DNA from: a virus
Lineage: Duplodnaviria; Heunggongvirae; Uroviricota; Caudoviricetes; Demerecviridae
Length of the DNA: 35,532 nt
Strand: one strand, 5' to 3'
IMG/VR virus record: IMGVR_UViG_2974607751_000001
Span: 1 to 35,532 of that record
Shown: positions 27,611-35,532 of the stretch, one piece after another
Position numbering within the stretch: the stretch's first letter is position 1
Layout of the letters: each line of letters begins with the position of its first letter
Notes under the pieces: model-generated
What the model was told of the DNA's origin: nothing
The model's input: only the letters and a program-made list of their open reading frames with translations
The model's database searches: none
Translations under genes and position numbers: made by a program

Positions 27611-29449
27611 TTATTCTAAGTAGGAAAATCCTTCTGCATCTTTTTTAACAGTAATCTTATGGGCTAATGGATGCGTATGCCCATGAGAAACAATGATAGA
27701 ATTCAGACTATCTTCCTCATTTAATAATTCAACGAGAGTATCAAGTCCTTTCGTATCAATAAAGCTAATAACTTCGTCAAGGAACAGAAGATTAATATTA
27801 ACTTTACTAATAGATGTTAACAGCATTCTAATTGCTAACAGAGTTGCTAAATTAATTCTACTTTGCTGACCAGTGGAGCAGTTCTCCATACTGGTACGAT
27901 TTCCATCATTGAAGATTACTACTTGTAATTTCGTTTCATCAAGCTCAAATCCAAGTGCGAACTTACCACCAGTCATAATAGAAAGATATTTATTAATTAA
28001 TTCCTCAAATACTTTCACACTATGCTCTAGTTTATATCCTACCAGATTTTTCAATGCAGCGATCAGAATATCAAGATCAGCAACAGCTTCTGATACTCCA
28101 TCCAGTTTGGACGTTATCTCAGACATTTCTGCCTCAGCTTTCTCTATCTGTTCTAGTTTCGCTTTATACTTTGCATTAGCTAACTCGACATTTGCATTAT
28201 GCTCTTTGGCAATTGCAACTTTAGAACGTCCATCAGCGATTTCCTGTTCTAATTGTCGGATTTGCACCTGTAGGATTTGTACATTGAGTTCTTCAAAAGA
28301 AGAATCACTCATTGAATTTTTGAACTCGTCTCTAGCTGCTACTGCCTTATCCAAAGCATCCTTAGCTCTAGTGTACGCAGTGTACTCGACTTGTTCTTTC
28401 TTCAACTGCTCTAGCGTAGCTTCAAGAGATTGTTTCTCTTTAAATAGAGGATCATACTCTGTTCTAGCCATATCCATTGCTTTTTGAGCAGCAGTTGTAT
28501 CAAGATGAGTGCCACAAGTAGGGCATTCAGTATTTGAAGCCTCTTGCTTGAACTTCTGATAACGTTTCTTGACTTCTCCTGCACGTGAGGTAACAATCGT
28601 TAGGTCACGCGTAACACTTGAGATCTCTTCAGATTGGTCAGTGGGCGCGGGGAGATTTTTGAAAGGCTCGAAAGATTGTTCGGCAACTTGTACAGCTTTG
28701 TCCAAATTACGGAGTTTAGTAATATTAGCCTCTTGTGACTTGGCTAATGCCGCCTTAATTTTCGATTCAGTAAGTTCTTGTGCTAACGGTTCTTCATCAA
28801 ACTCCGGAACTTCAACTGGCTCTTGTAAACTTCCGAGATTACCTTTTCCATTGAGGATCTTCGTAATTACGGCCATCTGGCCTTGCAAGTTACTTAACGT
28901 ACTTGCCACTTCTTTACGATCAGCTTTAATAGTTTCTGACATCTCTTTATACTGTTCCTGATTGAACAGATTAACAAGGAAAGCTTTACGTGTTGCATCA
29001 GTTGCTTTGAGGAAGTCTAGATTGGAACCGACAGATTGATAGATCAGTTTAGTGAATGTTTGGAAGTCACCACCCATAATCTCTTCAATCATCTTATACG
29101 TTTGGGTTGCTGTGTGTCCACTGATATCTTCTCCATTCTTAATCAGTGTAACCTTAGCAGTTGATTTAACTACTTTATGTAATTCATACTCATCTTCATC
29201 TTTCGAGAAGTAAGCGTGCATATCATACTCTTTCTTCGGAGAACCCCAAGAGAATAGGGCATCCTTCTTGATACCACGTGAGTTCTTGTTATAAAACAAT
29301 TCCTCAATAACAGTAGCAATAGTGGACTTCCCTAGACCGTTTCCTCCGATTAACTGAGTAACTGGATTCTTATCGAAATGAATTACGATATCCTTACCAT
29401 AAGACATAACGTTGCTGAATTTTAGTGTCTTAATTATAATCTTTGACAT
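27611..29449 (-). CDS. D13: Rad50/SbcC-like recombination ATPase (T5 D13), 612 aa; start reassigned to ATG 29449
   Basis: Walker A GGNGLGKST, zinc hook CPTC, signature CSTGQQ, Walker B LLFLDE, H-loop VSHGH; ATG 29449 gives MSKIIIKTLKF and the 612-aa T5 length. Confidence 0.94.
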   Translation of the reverse strand: MSKIIIKTLKFSNVMSYGKDIVIHFDKNPVTQLIGGNGLGKSTIATVIEELFYNKNSRGIKKDALFSWGSPKKEYDMHAYFSKDEDEYELHKVVKSTAKVTLIKNGEDISGHTATQTYKMIEEIMGGDFQTFTKLIYQSVGSNLDFLKATDATRKAFLVNLFNQEQYKEMSETIKADRKEVASTLSNLQGQMAVITKILNGKGNLGSLQEPVEVPEFDEEPLAQELTESKIKAALAKSQEANITKLRNLDKAVQVAEQSFEPFKNLPAPTDQSEEISSVTRDLTIVTSRAGEVKKRYQKFKQEASNTECPTCGTHLDTTAAQKAMDMARTEYDPLFKEKQSLEATLEQLKKEQVEYTAYTRAKDALDKAVAARDEFKNSMSDSSFEELNVQILQVQIRQLEQEIADGRSKVAIAKEHNANVELANAKYKAKLEQIEKAEAEMSEITSKLDGVSEAVADLDILIAALKNLVGYKLEHSVKVFEELINKYLSIMTGGKFALGFELDETKLQVVIFNDGNRTSMENCSTGQQSRINLATLLAIRMLLTSISKVNINLLFLDEVISFIDTKGLDTLVELLNEEDSLNSIIVSHGHTHPLAHKITVKKDAEGFSYLE

Positions 29450-30407
29450 ATTTAGCAGCTCTAGCCAAGATTCTATCAATGTCGTCTTGAGACAGCTTTT
29501 CAACTTCACGGAAGTAAAGCTCAAGCTCGCCTAGCATATCAAGATCAACAAGATTTAACTTAGCATCTTTAGTAACTCGATGGTTAATCTTTTTATCTAA
29601 GAGATCGGAATCTTTAATAGATTTTAACTGAACGACGTCACCAGTGACTTCATAGATTACACGGTCATAGTCACTAGGCTCCATTTCCTCACCAACTCCG
29701 ATTGTTTTACGAATCAGCTGGGGTAAGTCACCAAGTTCAATCCATTCTACTTTTAATGTGTCGGTATCAATGATAAAACAACCATTTGTACCTTTTGTGC
29801 GTTCTCTGTGGAACGATGTAGTTAATGGAGATCCTGGATAAAGAAGTCTAGTAGAACCAACAGTTTGACTATTAGTATAAGAATGTAAATCGCCAGCAAT
29901 TACAATGTCATAACAGTTATACCTCGTTAGATCAATTTCTGGTTTTACATGTGGAGGGATTTCACCACGAACATGCGTGAAACATAATTTTGATTCAGAT
30001 GGCTTCCACTTTGGTTTGTGAATTTCATCATAAGGGATAATATCAAACTCAGGAGAACGATATGGTTTAGTAATGACTTTCCAATTTCCGTTTGTTACTT
30101 TATTAATAACTCCTGCATAATGATACAGACATGAAATAGTTTTAGTTAACATTTCATGGTTCCCTGTGAAGATCTTGCCTGGATGGTCAAGTCTTGACAT
30201 GAACTGTTCAAGAAGTTCTATTTCTTCCGACGATGGGTCGGCAACATCAAGAATATCACCACCAGCAATATGCAGATCACAGTTATGATTATGGAATATG
30301 TCATTTAACCGTTCTCCTAGCATCAGGAAGCGACGCTTCTGCCATTCCTTTGGAACTTTATCTTGTCCTAATTTGATATGATGATCAGCACTAAATAGTA
30401 TTCTCAT
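29430..30407 (-). CDS. D12: Mre11/SbcD-like metallophosphoesterase nuclease (T5 D12), 325 aa
   Basis: SADHH, GGDILD, GNHE, FTHVRG, AGDLH motifs; adjacent to the Rad50-like gene. Confidence 0.95.
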   Translation of the reverse strand: MRILFSADHHIKLGQDKVPKEWQKRRFLMLGERLNDIFHNHNCDLHIAGGDILDVADPSSEEIELLEQFMSRLDHPGKIFTGNHEMLTKTISCLYHYAGVINKVTNGNWKVITKPYRSPEFDIIPYDEIHKPKWKPSESKLCFTHVRGEIPPHVKPEIDLTRYNCYDIVIAGDLHSYTNSQTVGSTRLLYPGSPLTTSFHRERTKGTNGCFIIDTDTLKVEWIELGDLPQLIRKTIGVGEEMEPSDYDRVIYEVTGDVVQLKSIKDSDLLDKKINHRVTKDAKLNLVDLDMLGELELYFREVEKLSQDDIDRILARAAKYVKDYN

Positions 30408-30412
30408 AAGTT

Positions 30413-30438
30413 AAAAAGAAAGGGAGCCGTAGCTCCCC
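30413..30438 (-). terminator. Rho-independent terminator after D11
   Basis: Minus strand GGGGAGC-TACG-GCTCCCT (UNCG tetraloop) followed by TTCTTTTT. Confidence 0.88.
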
Positions 30439-30446
30439 TTGGTTTA

Positions 30447-31220
30447 TTAGTCGTCCAGATCGCTAGCAGCTTCAGCGTCGATGCCTTTCTGAGAACCAGC
30501 ATCACCACCAGACTTAGCGTCACCGCCGTCTTGCTTCTCACGACCTTCCATGAAGGCGAGAATAGCTTCTTTCTGCTCTTCGTAGGACGGAACCGGGTAG
30601 GTTTCTTCCAGAGAAGGAACTTTTTCGAACTTGATGAACTCACCAGTATCGTCACACATAGCTTCACCGAGGATATCAACATCAGCAGCGTGTTGTTTAG
30701 CTTCTGCGCTAGAAGGATCTTTCAGAGCCATCTGGAACTGCATTGCTGCGATCTGCTGTACATCGTACTCAGTATCGAAACCTTTACCTTTCTTCTCGAT
30801 AGAGATATCAATATCGAACGGGTCAGACAGTTTCAGCTGCTTCATGATAGACTGGATGCCTTTCAGGATAGTAGCTTTAACTTCCATGACTTTCAGTTTG
30901 TTATCAGAACGGTCGATAACGAAAGCAATGTAGTTTTTCTTCGGTTTCAGCGGAACACGATTACCATCTTTGTCCAGCTCTTTCTCGAAGAATCCCATTT
31001 CGTGAATCGGGTCAGCTTTACCGCGAACGAAGCTCTCTTTAGTACGGTTGAAACGCAGGCACTCAAACGGAGCTGCATTACCATCTTTGTTAGTCAGCCA
31101 GTAGACATAACGTGGAAGAACACCAGAAACGATACGAACACGAGTTACACCGTTGTTGAATTTCAGGAAGTCGATTTTATCGTTAGAACCGCCAGTAGTT
31201 TCGCCCCAAGACTTAGCCAT
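30447..31220 (-). CDS. D11: D11 single-stranded DNA-binding protein, 257 aa
   Basis: Synteny; aromatic-rich core; flexible Gly/acidic C-tail ending AASDLDD; high-expression codon usage. Confidence 0.85.
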   Translation of the reverse strand: MAKSWGETTGGSNDKIDFLKFNNGVTRVRIVSGVLPRYVYWLTNKDGNAAPFECLRFNRTKESFVRGKADPIHEMGFFEKELDKDGNRVPLKPKKNYIAFVIDRSDNKLKVMEVKATILKGIQSIMKQLKLSDPFDIDISIEKKGKGFDTEYDVQQIAAMQFQMALKDPSSAEAKQHAADVDILGEAMCDDTGEFIKFEKVPSLEETYPVPSYEEQKEAILAFMEGREKQDGGDAKSGGDAGSQKGIDAEAASDLDD

Positions 31221-31575
31221 ATTTTATTTCCTCTTTAAAGATTATCTTCGATTTATTGATTGCAATTAGTGGGTTAGTGTCGATTACAGAACGTGGTATC
31301 CATACGGGAACATATTGCATGTCCAAACTCGGATCGTTTGTAAACTTATATTCGGCATAATTTCGTAGACTTAGAATTCCTAGATATTCTGCCAGTTGTC
31401 TATTAGACAATTTGTAAGGGTTATCAACAATAGTTGATTCATTCAAGATGAATGAAGAACCGACCAGTAGTTGGTGAGCATCAGGCTCTGCAAGCATTCT
31501 ATTAAATAGCTTGACAATCAGGTCGGAATTTCCTCTAGCTAAGAGGTAAATTCTCTCGTAATCAAAGAATTTCAT
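31213..31575 (-). CDS. Conserved T5-like hypothetical protein, 120 aa
   Basis: GAGAG RBS and own promoter; overlaps the D11 start; position conserved in T5-like phages. Confidence 0.8.
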   Translation of the reverse strand: MKFFDYERIYLLARGNSDLIVKLFNRMLAEPDAHQLLVGSSFILNESTIVDNPYKLSNRQLAEYLGILSLRNYAEYKFTNDPSLDMQYVPVWIPRSVIDTNPLIAINKSKIIFKEEIKYG

Positions 31576-31602
31576 TTTTGTCTCTCATCAATTTATGTAT
31601 AT

Positions 31603-31650
31603 ATTATACATTAAATCGGGAGGATTTGACAAGTACAATTTTTATTTTTC
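31603..31650 (-). promoter_or_regulatory. Early promoter (proximal copy) for hyp120-D11
   Basis: Minus strand UP GAAAAATAAAAATT, -35 TTGTCA (31627-31632), 18-bp spacer, -10 TATAAT (31603-31608). Confidence 0.75.
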
Positions 31651-31682
31651 TGCTTCGGACTTTCTTATCAATCCGAAACTTT

Positions 31683-31732
31683 CTCTCTCAAATTTATGTA
31701 TATATTATACAATAATTATGAGCAGTTGCCAA
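31683..31732 (-). promoter_or_regulatory. Early promoter (distal copy), P_N25-like initial transcribed region
   Basis: Minus strand -35 TTGGCA (31727-31732), 17-bp spacer, TATAAT (31704-31709), then ATATAC-ATAAATTTGAGAGAG. Confidence 0.75.
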
Positions 31733-33068
31733 ATGCAATTTTAGCTAATTGTACTGCTTTCTCCGGAGTCATAGTAATGGTTTTCCATGCATTATTTCGA
31801 TACACGGCCATACGTCCAGAAGCCTGTCTTAAACCAGTACCTCCTTTCATAATTAAATCTACAACAATCGGATCGAGTTTACCATCAACAATACGTTGAA
31901 CGCGACCTGCTAGCTGTTCTATGAGAGATTCATTATTAATGAGACTTCCCATTATTAAACAAGACAGCTCGTTAAGAGAAATACCTTCTGAGAAGATACT
32001 CTGAGCTGCTGCAAGTACACATGGTCCACCCTCCGCTACATCTTTCTGGATTCTCAATCGATCATCCAAAGGAGTTGCACCTATAATCTCATAGGTTGTA
32101 ACACCACGTTGTGCGAGAGCTTCTAGTATTGTTTGAATTAATTCTGTTCTATCACTTACAAAGAGAACCTTATGCCCCATAGACACGTATAAGTGTGCTA
32201 GGTTTATAATAGTTTCCCGATATTCAGGATGATTATATACATCGTTAGCACGTAATGCCCACGGTACGTTCTGGTTTCCTGATAACTCAACAGGCACGGA
32301 GTACCTATGGATTGTAGGTGGAACAGTGTTATTAACTGGAGGACTAAAGATCTTATATCCAAAGAAGTCTTTGAACATAACTTGCAGGCCATCCTTACGC
32401 TTTAACGTACCTGATAGACCGATCTTATAGCGAGCACACGAAATCTCTAGGAAATTAGTGAAAGTCGTAGCCACACAGTGGTGAACTTCATCAACTATAA
32501 CAGTACCAAACACCTTAGAAAGATTATTCGCATGTTTGTTCACTGTTTGTATATTACTGACCACGATTGGTGGGTCAATATTATACTTCCCAGAACCTAT
32601 GATACCTGGCTCAAACCCAAACCATTTACGAACTTCCGCAGCCCACATTTCACGAATGGATGTGTTAGTACAGATTACCAGAGTTTTCTGGCCAAACTTA
32701 TATGCAAGAGCTAGAGCTAGGATAGTTTTACCAAATCCAGGCTTACCATTAATAATACAGGTGTCATCGCACTCTTCATATATAGGAAGCTGATCTTCTT
32801 CACGTAGCTTGAACTGAGGTTCTGGTATTTCTACCGGAGCTAACGTGCGTTTATCAACTAATTCATATTTCACTCCCTTAGTATCTAGTAAATCCAGACG
32901 TGTAATGGGAATCCACTTAATCTCTTTAGCAACAACACCACTATTCTTATACATAATAGGGTATTTACTAGTCATTGTCTCGATGTGATAAGTGGTTTGC
33001 TTACTACAATACTCCCATAGTTCATCATCGGGCTTGAAATAGGCTTTATTAGATATAACAACCTTCAT
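31716..33068 (-). CDS. D10: D10 SF2 helicase (UvsW-like), 450 aa
   Basis: Motif I GKPGFGKT, motif II DEVHH, motif III LSGT, motif VI QLAGRVQR. Confidence 0.95.
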   Translation of the reverse strand: MKVVISNKAYFKPDDELWEYCSKQTTYHIETMTSKYPIMYKNSGVVAKEIKWIPITRLDLLDTKGVKYELVDKRTLAPVEIPEPQFKLREEDQLPIYEECDDTCIINGKPGFGKTILALALAYKFGQKTLVICTNTSIREMWAAEVRKWFGFEPGIIGSGKYNIDPPIVVSNIQTVNKHANNLSKVFGTVIVDEVHHCVATTFTNFLEISCARYKIGLSGTLKRKDGLQVMFKDFFGYKIFSPPVNNTVPPTIHRYSVPVELSGNQNVPWALRANDVYNHPEYRETIINLAHLYVSMGHKVLFVSDRTELIQTILEALAQRGVTTYEIIGATPLDDRLRIQKDVAEGGPCVLAAAQSIFSEGISLNELSCLIMGSLINNESLIEQLAGRVQRIVDGKLDPIVVDLIMKGGTGLRQASGRMAVYRNNAWKTITMTPEKAVQLAKIAFGNCS

Positions 33069-33562
33069 AATTTTATTCTAAGTCTAGGAATTTCAGGCTC
33101 CTCTTGATGGACTTGGTAAATAACAGGGCTATTATTTACCAGAATATAGCTTATATAAGCTGGAACATAGGATAGCACGAATGGGTAAGGGACTTTAGCC
33201 ACATAGCATTGATACTTTCCATTATAAATTCTTGCAGAATGCAGAACTTTAGACGTGATAACATCATAGAACGTAGTTTTCTTCCAATTAATGAGATTTC
33301 CATCAGAATCTATGAACTGGCTACGCTTTGACCCAACTAATTGGGACAACATTGATATTCTACCACGAATAGGATAGAGCTTATAAGGTAATTCTTTCCG
33401 CTTCTCAAATAAGGCTAACCTACGTTGAGAGAATGTGCCAGGCAACTCCCTGTTATCTAGCACATATTTATTATATCTTGTTGTAATTACGGAATAATCA
33501 CCTTCCTGCTCAATTGATACAAACGCCCGTAAAGCATATACGGGCAATTTGAAATCAAGCAC
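33065..33562 (-). CDS. Conserved T5-like hypothetical protein, 165 aa
   Basis: Overlaps pol and D10 at its ends (translational coupling); syntenic with the T5 gene between pol and D10. Confidence 0.82.
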   Translation of the reverse strand: MLDFKLPVYALRAFVSIEQEGDYSVITTRYNKYVLDNRELPGTFSQRRLALFEKRKELPYKLYPIRGRISMLSQLVGSKRSQFIDSDGNLINWKKTTFYDVITSKVLHSARIYNGKYQCYVAKVPYPFVLSYVPAYISYILVNNSPVIYQVHQEEPEIPRLRIKL

Positions 33563-35532
33563 CTAAAATCCTTTTCACATTATCCAGATCTTTACATACA
33601 GCAATAAACTTATCATCCTTGTACTTGCTGTGGTCTGGATGCTCTTTATCCATTGCAGCTAACTTCTTATACTCGAAATCTGCATCGAGTAATACACCCT
33701 TAACATAACGAGTATATTCATCATCATCAATACAAGCGATTGATGGGTGCTGTTTCTTCATCTTACCACAAGAGTAGTCACGAGAACCACCTTTCTCAGA
33801 ATCAGAATCAATACCGATTGGGCAGCCAGGGATACTAATACCACGATCCTTCTGGATGTTACGAATCAGAATCTCGTTATACTGATCAATCAGATCTTCA
33901 CGTACAATAGCAACCACGGAGTCGTGAACCAACATGACGATCTTCATCTCTTTTCCTAGACCCAGAGATAGGATTTCTTCATCAGCATCAATAGCACCTA
34001 ACAACAGGCTATCAGAAGATGCAGACTGAATGATTGCGTTAAATCCAGAACGGATTTCTTCACCCTGAACACCACGATCTTCGGAATGGATGTTGTGCAG
34101 ACGACGCTTACGACCAAAGTGACTATAGATGAATCCAAAGTTCTTGATCTGATCGTGGCACTTATCAATCCAACGCTTAAGTTGAGGGAACTGACCGAAG
34201 TAAGTTTCGATATAGTCCTTCGCATCTGCAACGGTACATTCAACAAACGGTTCGCCTGTCTTAGCAGCCTGTTCCAGAAGAGCTTCGTTAACAGAATGAG
34301 CAACTTTAGCTGGACCAGAACCATACAGAATACCGAAGGTAATTGCCTTAGCAGCCTGACGCAGAGCTGGGAACAGCTTCTTAACATCACGTGGTTCACA
34401 GGTCAGTTTAAATACCATGTGTGCGATGTTTGAGTGGAAGTCAGGGTATTTATCAGGCTCATTCTTCATGTTGATAAATACTTGTTGCATGTTTCTGTCG
34501 CCAGACAGTACAGCAGCGTAATAAACTTCCGCAGTTGTTAAGTCCCATGCGATTACACGATATCCAGGAGGAGCTACTACACAACCCTTGATAATAGATT
34601 CATCACGTGGTAACTGTTGCAGGTTCAGCTTACCAGAAGAACTCAGACGACCAGAAGTAGTCATGTGTTCATGGAAGCCGGTACGAATGCAACCATCTGC
34701 ATCGATACTTAGAAGAATCTTCTCAACATAAGTAGAGATCAGCTTAGTCAGCTTACGAATCTCTAACAGAGTTTTAGCAATCGGGTGCTGAGTAGCCAGT
34801 TCGTTCAGAGCTTCTGCGTTTGTAGAATCTGCACCGGTATCCGTCAGTTTACCAGTTGGAGTCAGACCAACATAATCAAACAAAAGAACACGGAGTTGCT
34901 TAACAGAGTTCGGGTTAAATGCTTCGTTCTGATCTTTTTCTAGCTGAACGACTTCTGGATAAGTATACAGCTTCTCACGAGCCATATTTAATCGATGCGT
35001 CAACTGATACTGAGCTTCTTTCAAGCGATCAACAGAAATCGGTACACCACGATCTTCAACACGTTGAAGGAATACACAACCAGGCATCAGAACGTCATAG
35101 TACAGACTGCAAAGTTTTTCGTTCTTCTCAATTTTTGGTAAGAAGAAGTTATGCAGACGCAGAGTAGCATCGGTATCTTTTGCAGCATATGGCCACATAA
35201 TATCAAAGGGAATCAGATCATAGCTGAAATCCTCTTTTTTGATCTTATGTGCCTTGCAATAATCATCCTTAAACTTATCCAGTTCAAAGTCGTAATCGCC
35301 CATGTCAGTATACTTCATAGCCAGAGATTTCAAGCCGTGAGTACCACGACGTTCATCGAGAACATAGTGTTGTAACATGGTATCATGAAGTCTACGCTCT
35401 TTATGCGCTTTCTCGAAGGAAAGTCCTAGATGATAGGAGTAAAAGTGCATATCGAACTTCAAGTTATGGAAAACGATCTGATGATTCTTGCTATCCAGAA
35501 TTTTCTGGAGATAATGTACAGCTACTTCGGTG
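33555..35532 (-). CDS. pol: Family A DNA polymerase (T5 pol), 5' end outside the window
   Basis: Frame stays open to the window edge (TEVAVHYL...FHNLKFD, Exo II); Exo III YAAKD; motif A WDLTTAEV, motif B RQAAKAITFGILYG, motif C VHDS. The ORF-track TTG start at 35462 is internal. Confidence 0.97.
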   Translation of the reverse strand, partial: TEVAVHYLQKILDSKNHQIVFHNLKFDMHFYSYHLGLSFEKAHKERRLHDTMLQHYVLDERRGTHGLKSLAMKYTDMGDYDFELDKFKDDYCKAHKIKKEDFSYDLIPFDIMWPYAAKDTDATLRLHNFFLPKIEKNEKLCSLYYDVLMPGCVFLQRVEDRGVPISVDRLKEAQYQLTHRLNMAREKLYTYPEVVQLEKDQNEAFNPNSVKQLRVLLFDYVGLTPTGKLTDTGADSTNAEALNELATQHPIAKTLLEIRKLTKLISTYVEKILLSIDADGCIRTGFHEHMTTSGRLSSSGKLNLQQLPRDESIIKGCVVAPPGYRVIAWDLTTAEVYYAAVLSGDRNMQQVFINMKNEPDKYPDFHSNIAHMVFKLTCEPRDVKKLFPALRQAAKAITFGILYGSGPAKVAHSVNEALLEQAAKTGEPFVECTVADAKDYIETYFGQFPQLKRWIDKCHDQIKNFGFIYSHFGRKRRLHNIHSEDRGVQGEEIRSGFNAIIQSASSDSLLLGAIDADEEILSLGLGKEMKIVMLVHDSVVAIVREDLIDQYNEILIRNIQKDRGISIPGCPIGIDSDSEKGGSRDYSCGKMKKQHPSIACIDDDEYTRYVKGVLLDADFEYKKLAAMDKEHPDHSKYKDDKFIAVCKDLDNVKRILGA

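Noticed and set aside
29450-29524. Upstream extension of D13 in the ORF track
   Set aside because: Lies inside D12; ATG 29449 gives the expected SbcC-like N-terminus and length
30404-30682. 92-aa minus-strand ORF bridging D11 and D12
   Set aside because: Alternative frame of the D11 3' end that runs through the D11 terminator; no SD
30531-31238. 235-aa + strand ORF opposite D11, and similar ORFs opposite D13 (27873-28487) and pol
   Set aside because: Antisense shadows of codon-biased genes; F/L/S-rich composition and no expression signals
31626-31654. Perfect TTGACA on the + strand
   Set aside because: No -10 at 16-18 bp; it is the reverse face of the minus-strand -35
1-35532. CRISPR arrays, tRNAs, introns/inteins, diversity-generating retroelement or invertase switching at the fibre locus, and a novel defence or anti-defence cluster
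   Set aside because: No regularly spaced repeats, cloverleafs, reverse transcriptase, recombinase, long inverted repeats or extra gene blocks were seen; gene sizes match uninterrupted T5 homologues

Overview
This window is a contiguous piece of a T5-like lytic siphophage genome (Demerecviridae, Markadamsvirinae). The divergence from T5 proper, judged from memory of T5 proteins, suggests an Epseptimavirus-like Enterobacteriaceae phage; the genus is an inference. It begins exactly at the terminase large-subunit ATG, which suggests the assembly was rotated to terL. The + strand (1-25540) carries the late module in T5 order: terL, HNH nicking endonuclease, portal, decoration protein, protease, major capsid, head/tail completion proteins, tail tube, baseplate tube, tail chaperones, tape measure, Dit, hub, central fibre, collar and two lateral tail fibres (LtfA/LtfB type). 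The - strand (25578-35532) carries the early replication/recombination module: DNA polymerase (truncated by the window end), D10 helicase, D11 SSB, D12/D13 Mre11/Rad50-like pair, D14, D15 flap endonuclease, dUTPase and three hypothetical genes. The two units converge on a bidirectional terminator. I found no rRNA, tRNA, CRISPR array, intron, intein or IS, and no wholly foreign gene cluster, so I cannot claim a new multi-gene system. The most interesting signals are fine-scale: (1) the tail chaperone ORFs can only be joined by a +1 (or -2) frameshift, at a UUU_CGU site; (2) the tail tube carries a C-terminal Ig domain of the decoration-protein type; (3) a candidate genome nick site lies inside D13; (4) an identical 25-nt terminator-RBS cassette is used twice; (5) there is a duplicated early promoter; (6) D11 and D15 share an N-terminal KSWG motif; (7) the branched two-fibre locus has shared modules. 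All homology calls come from motif recognition and recollection; no database search was run.
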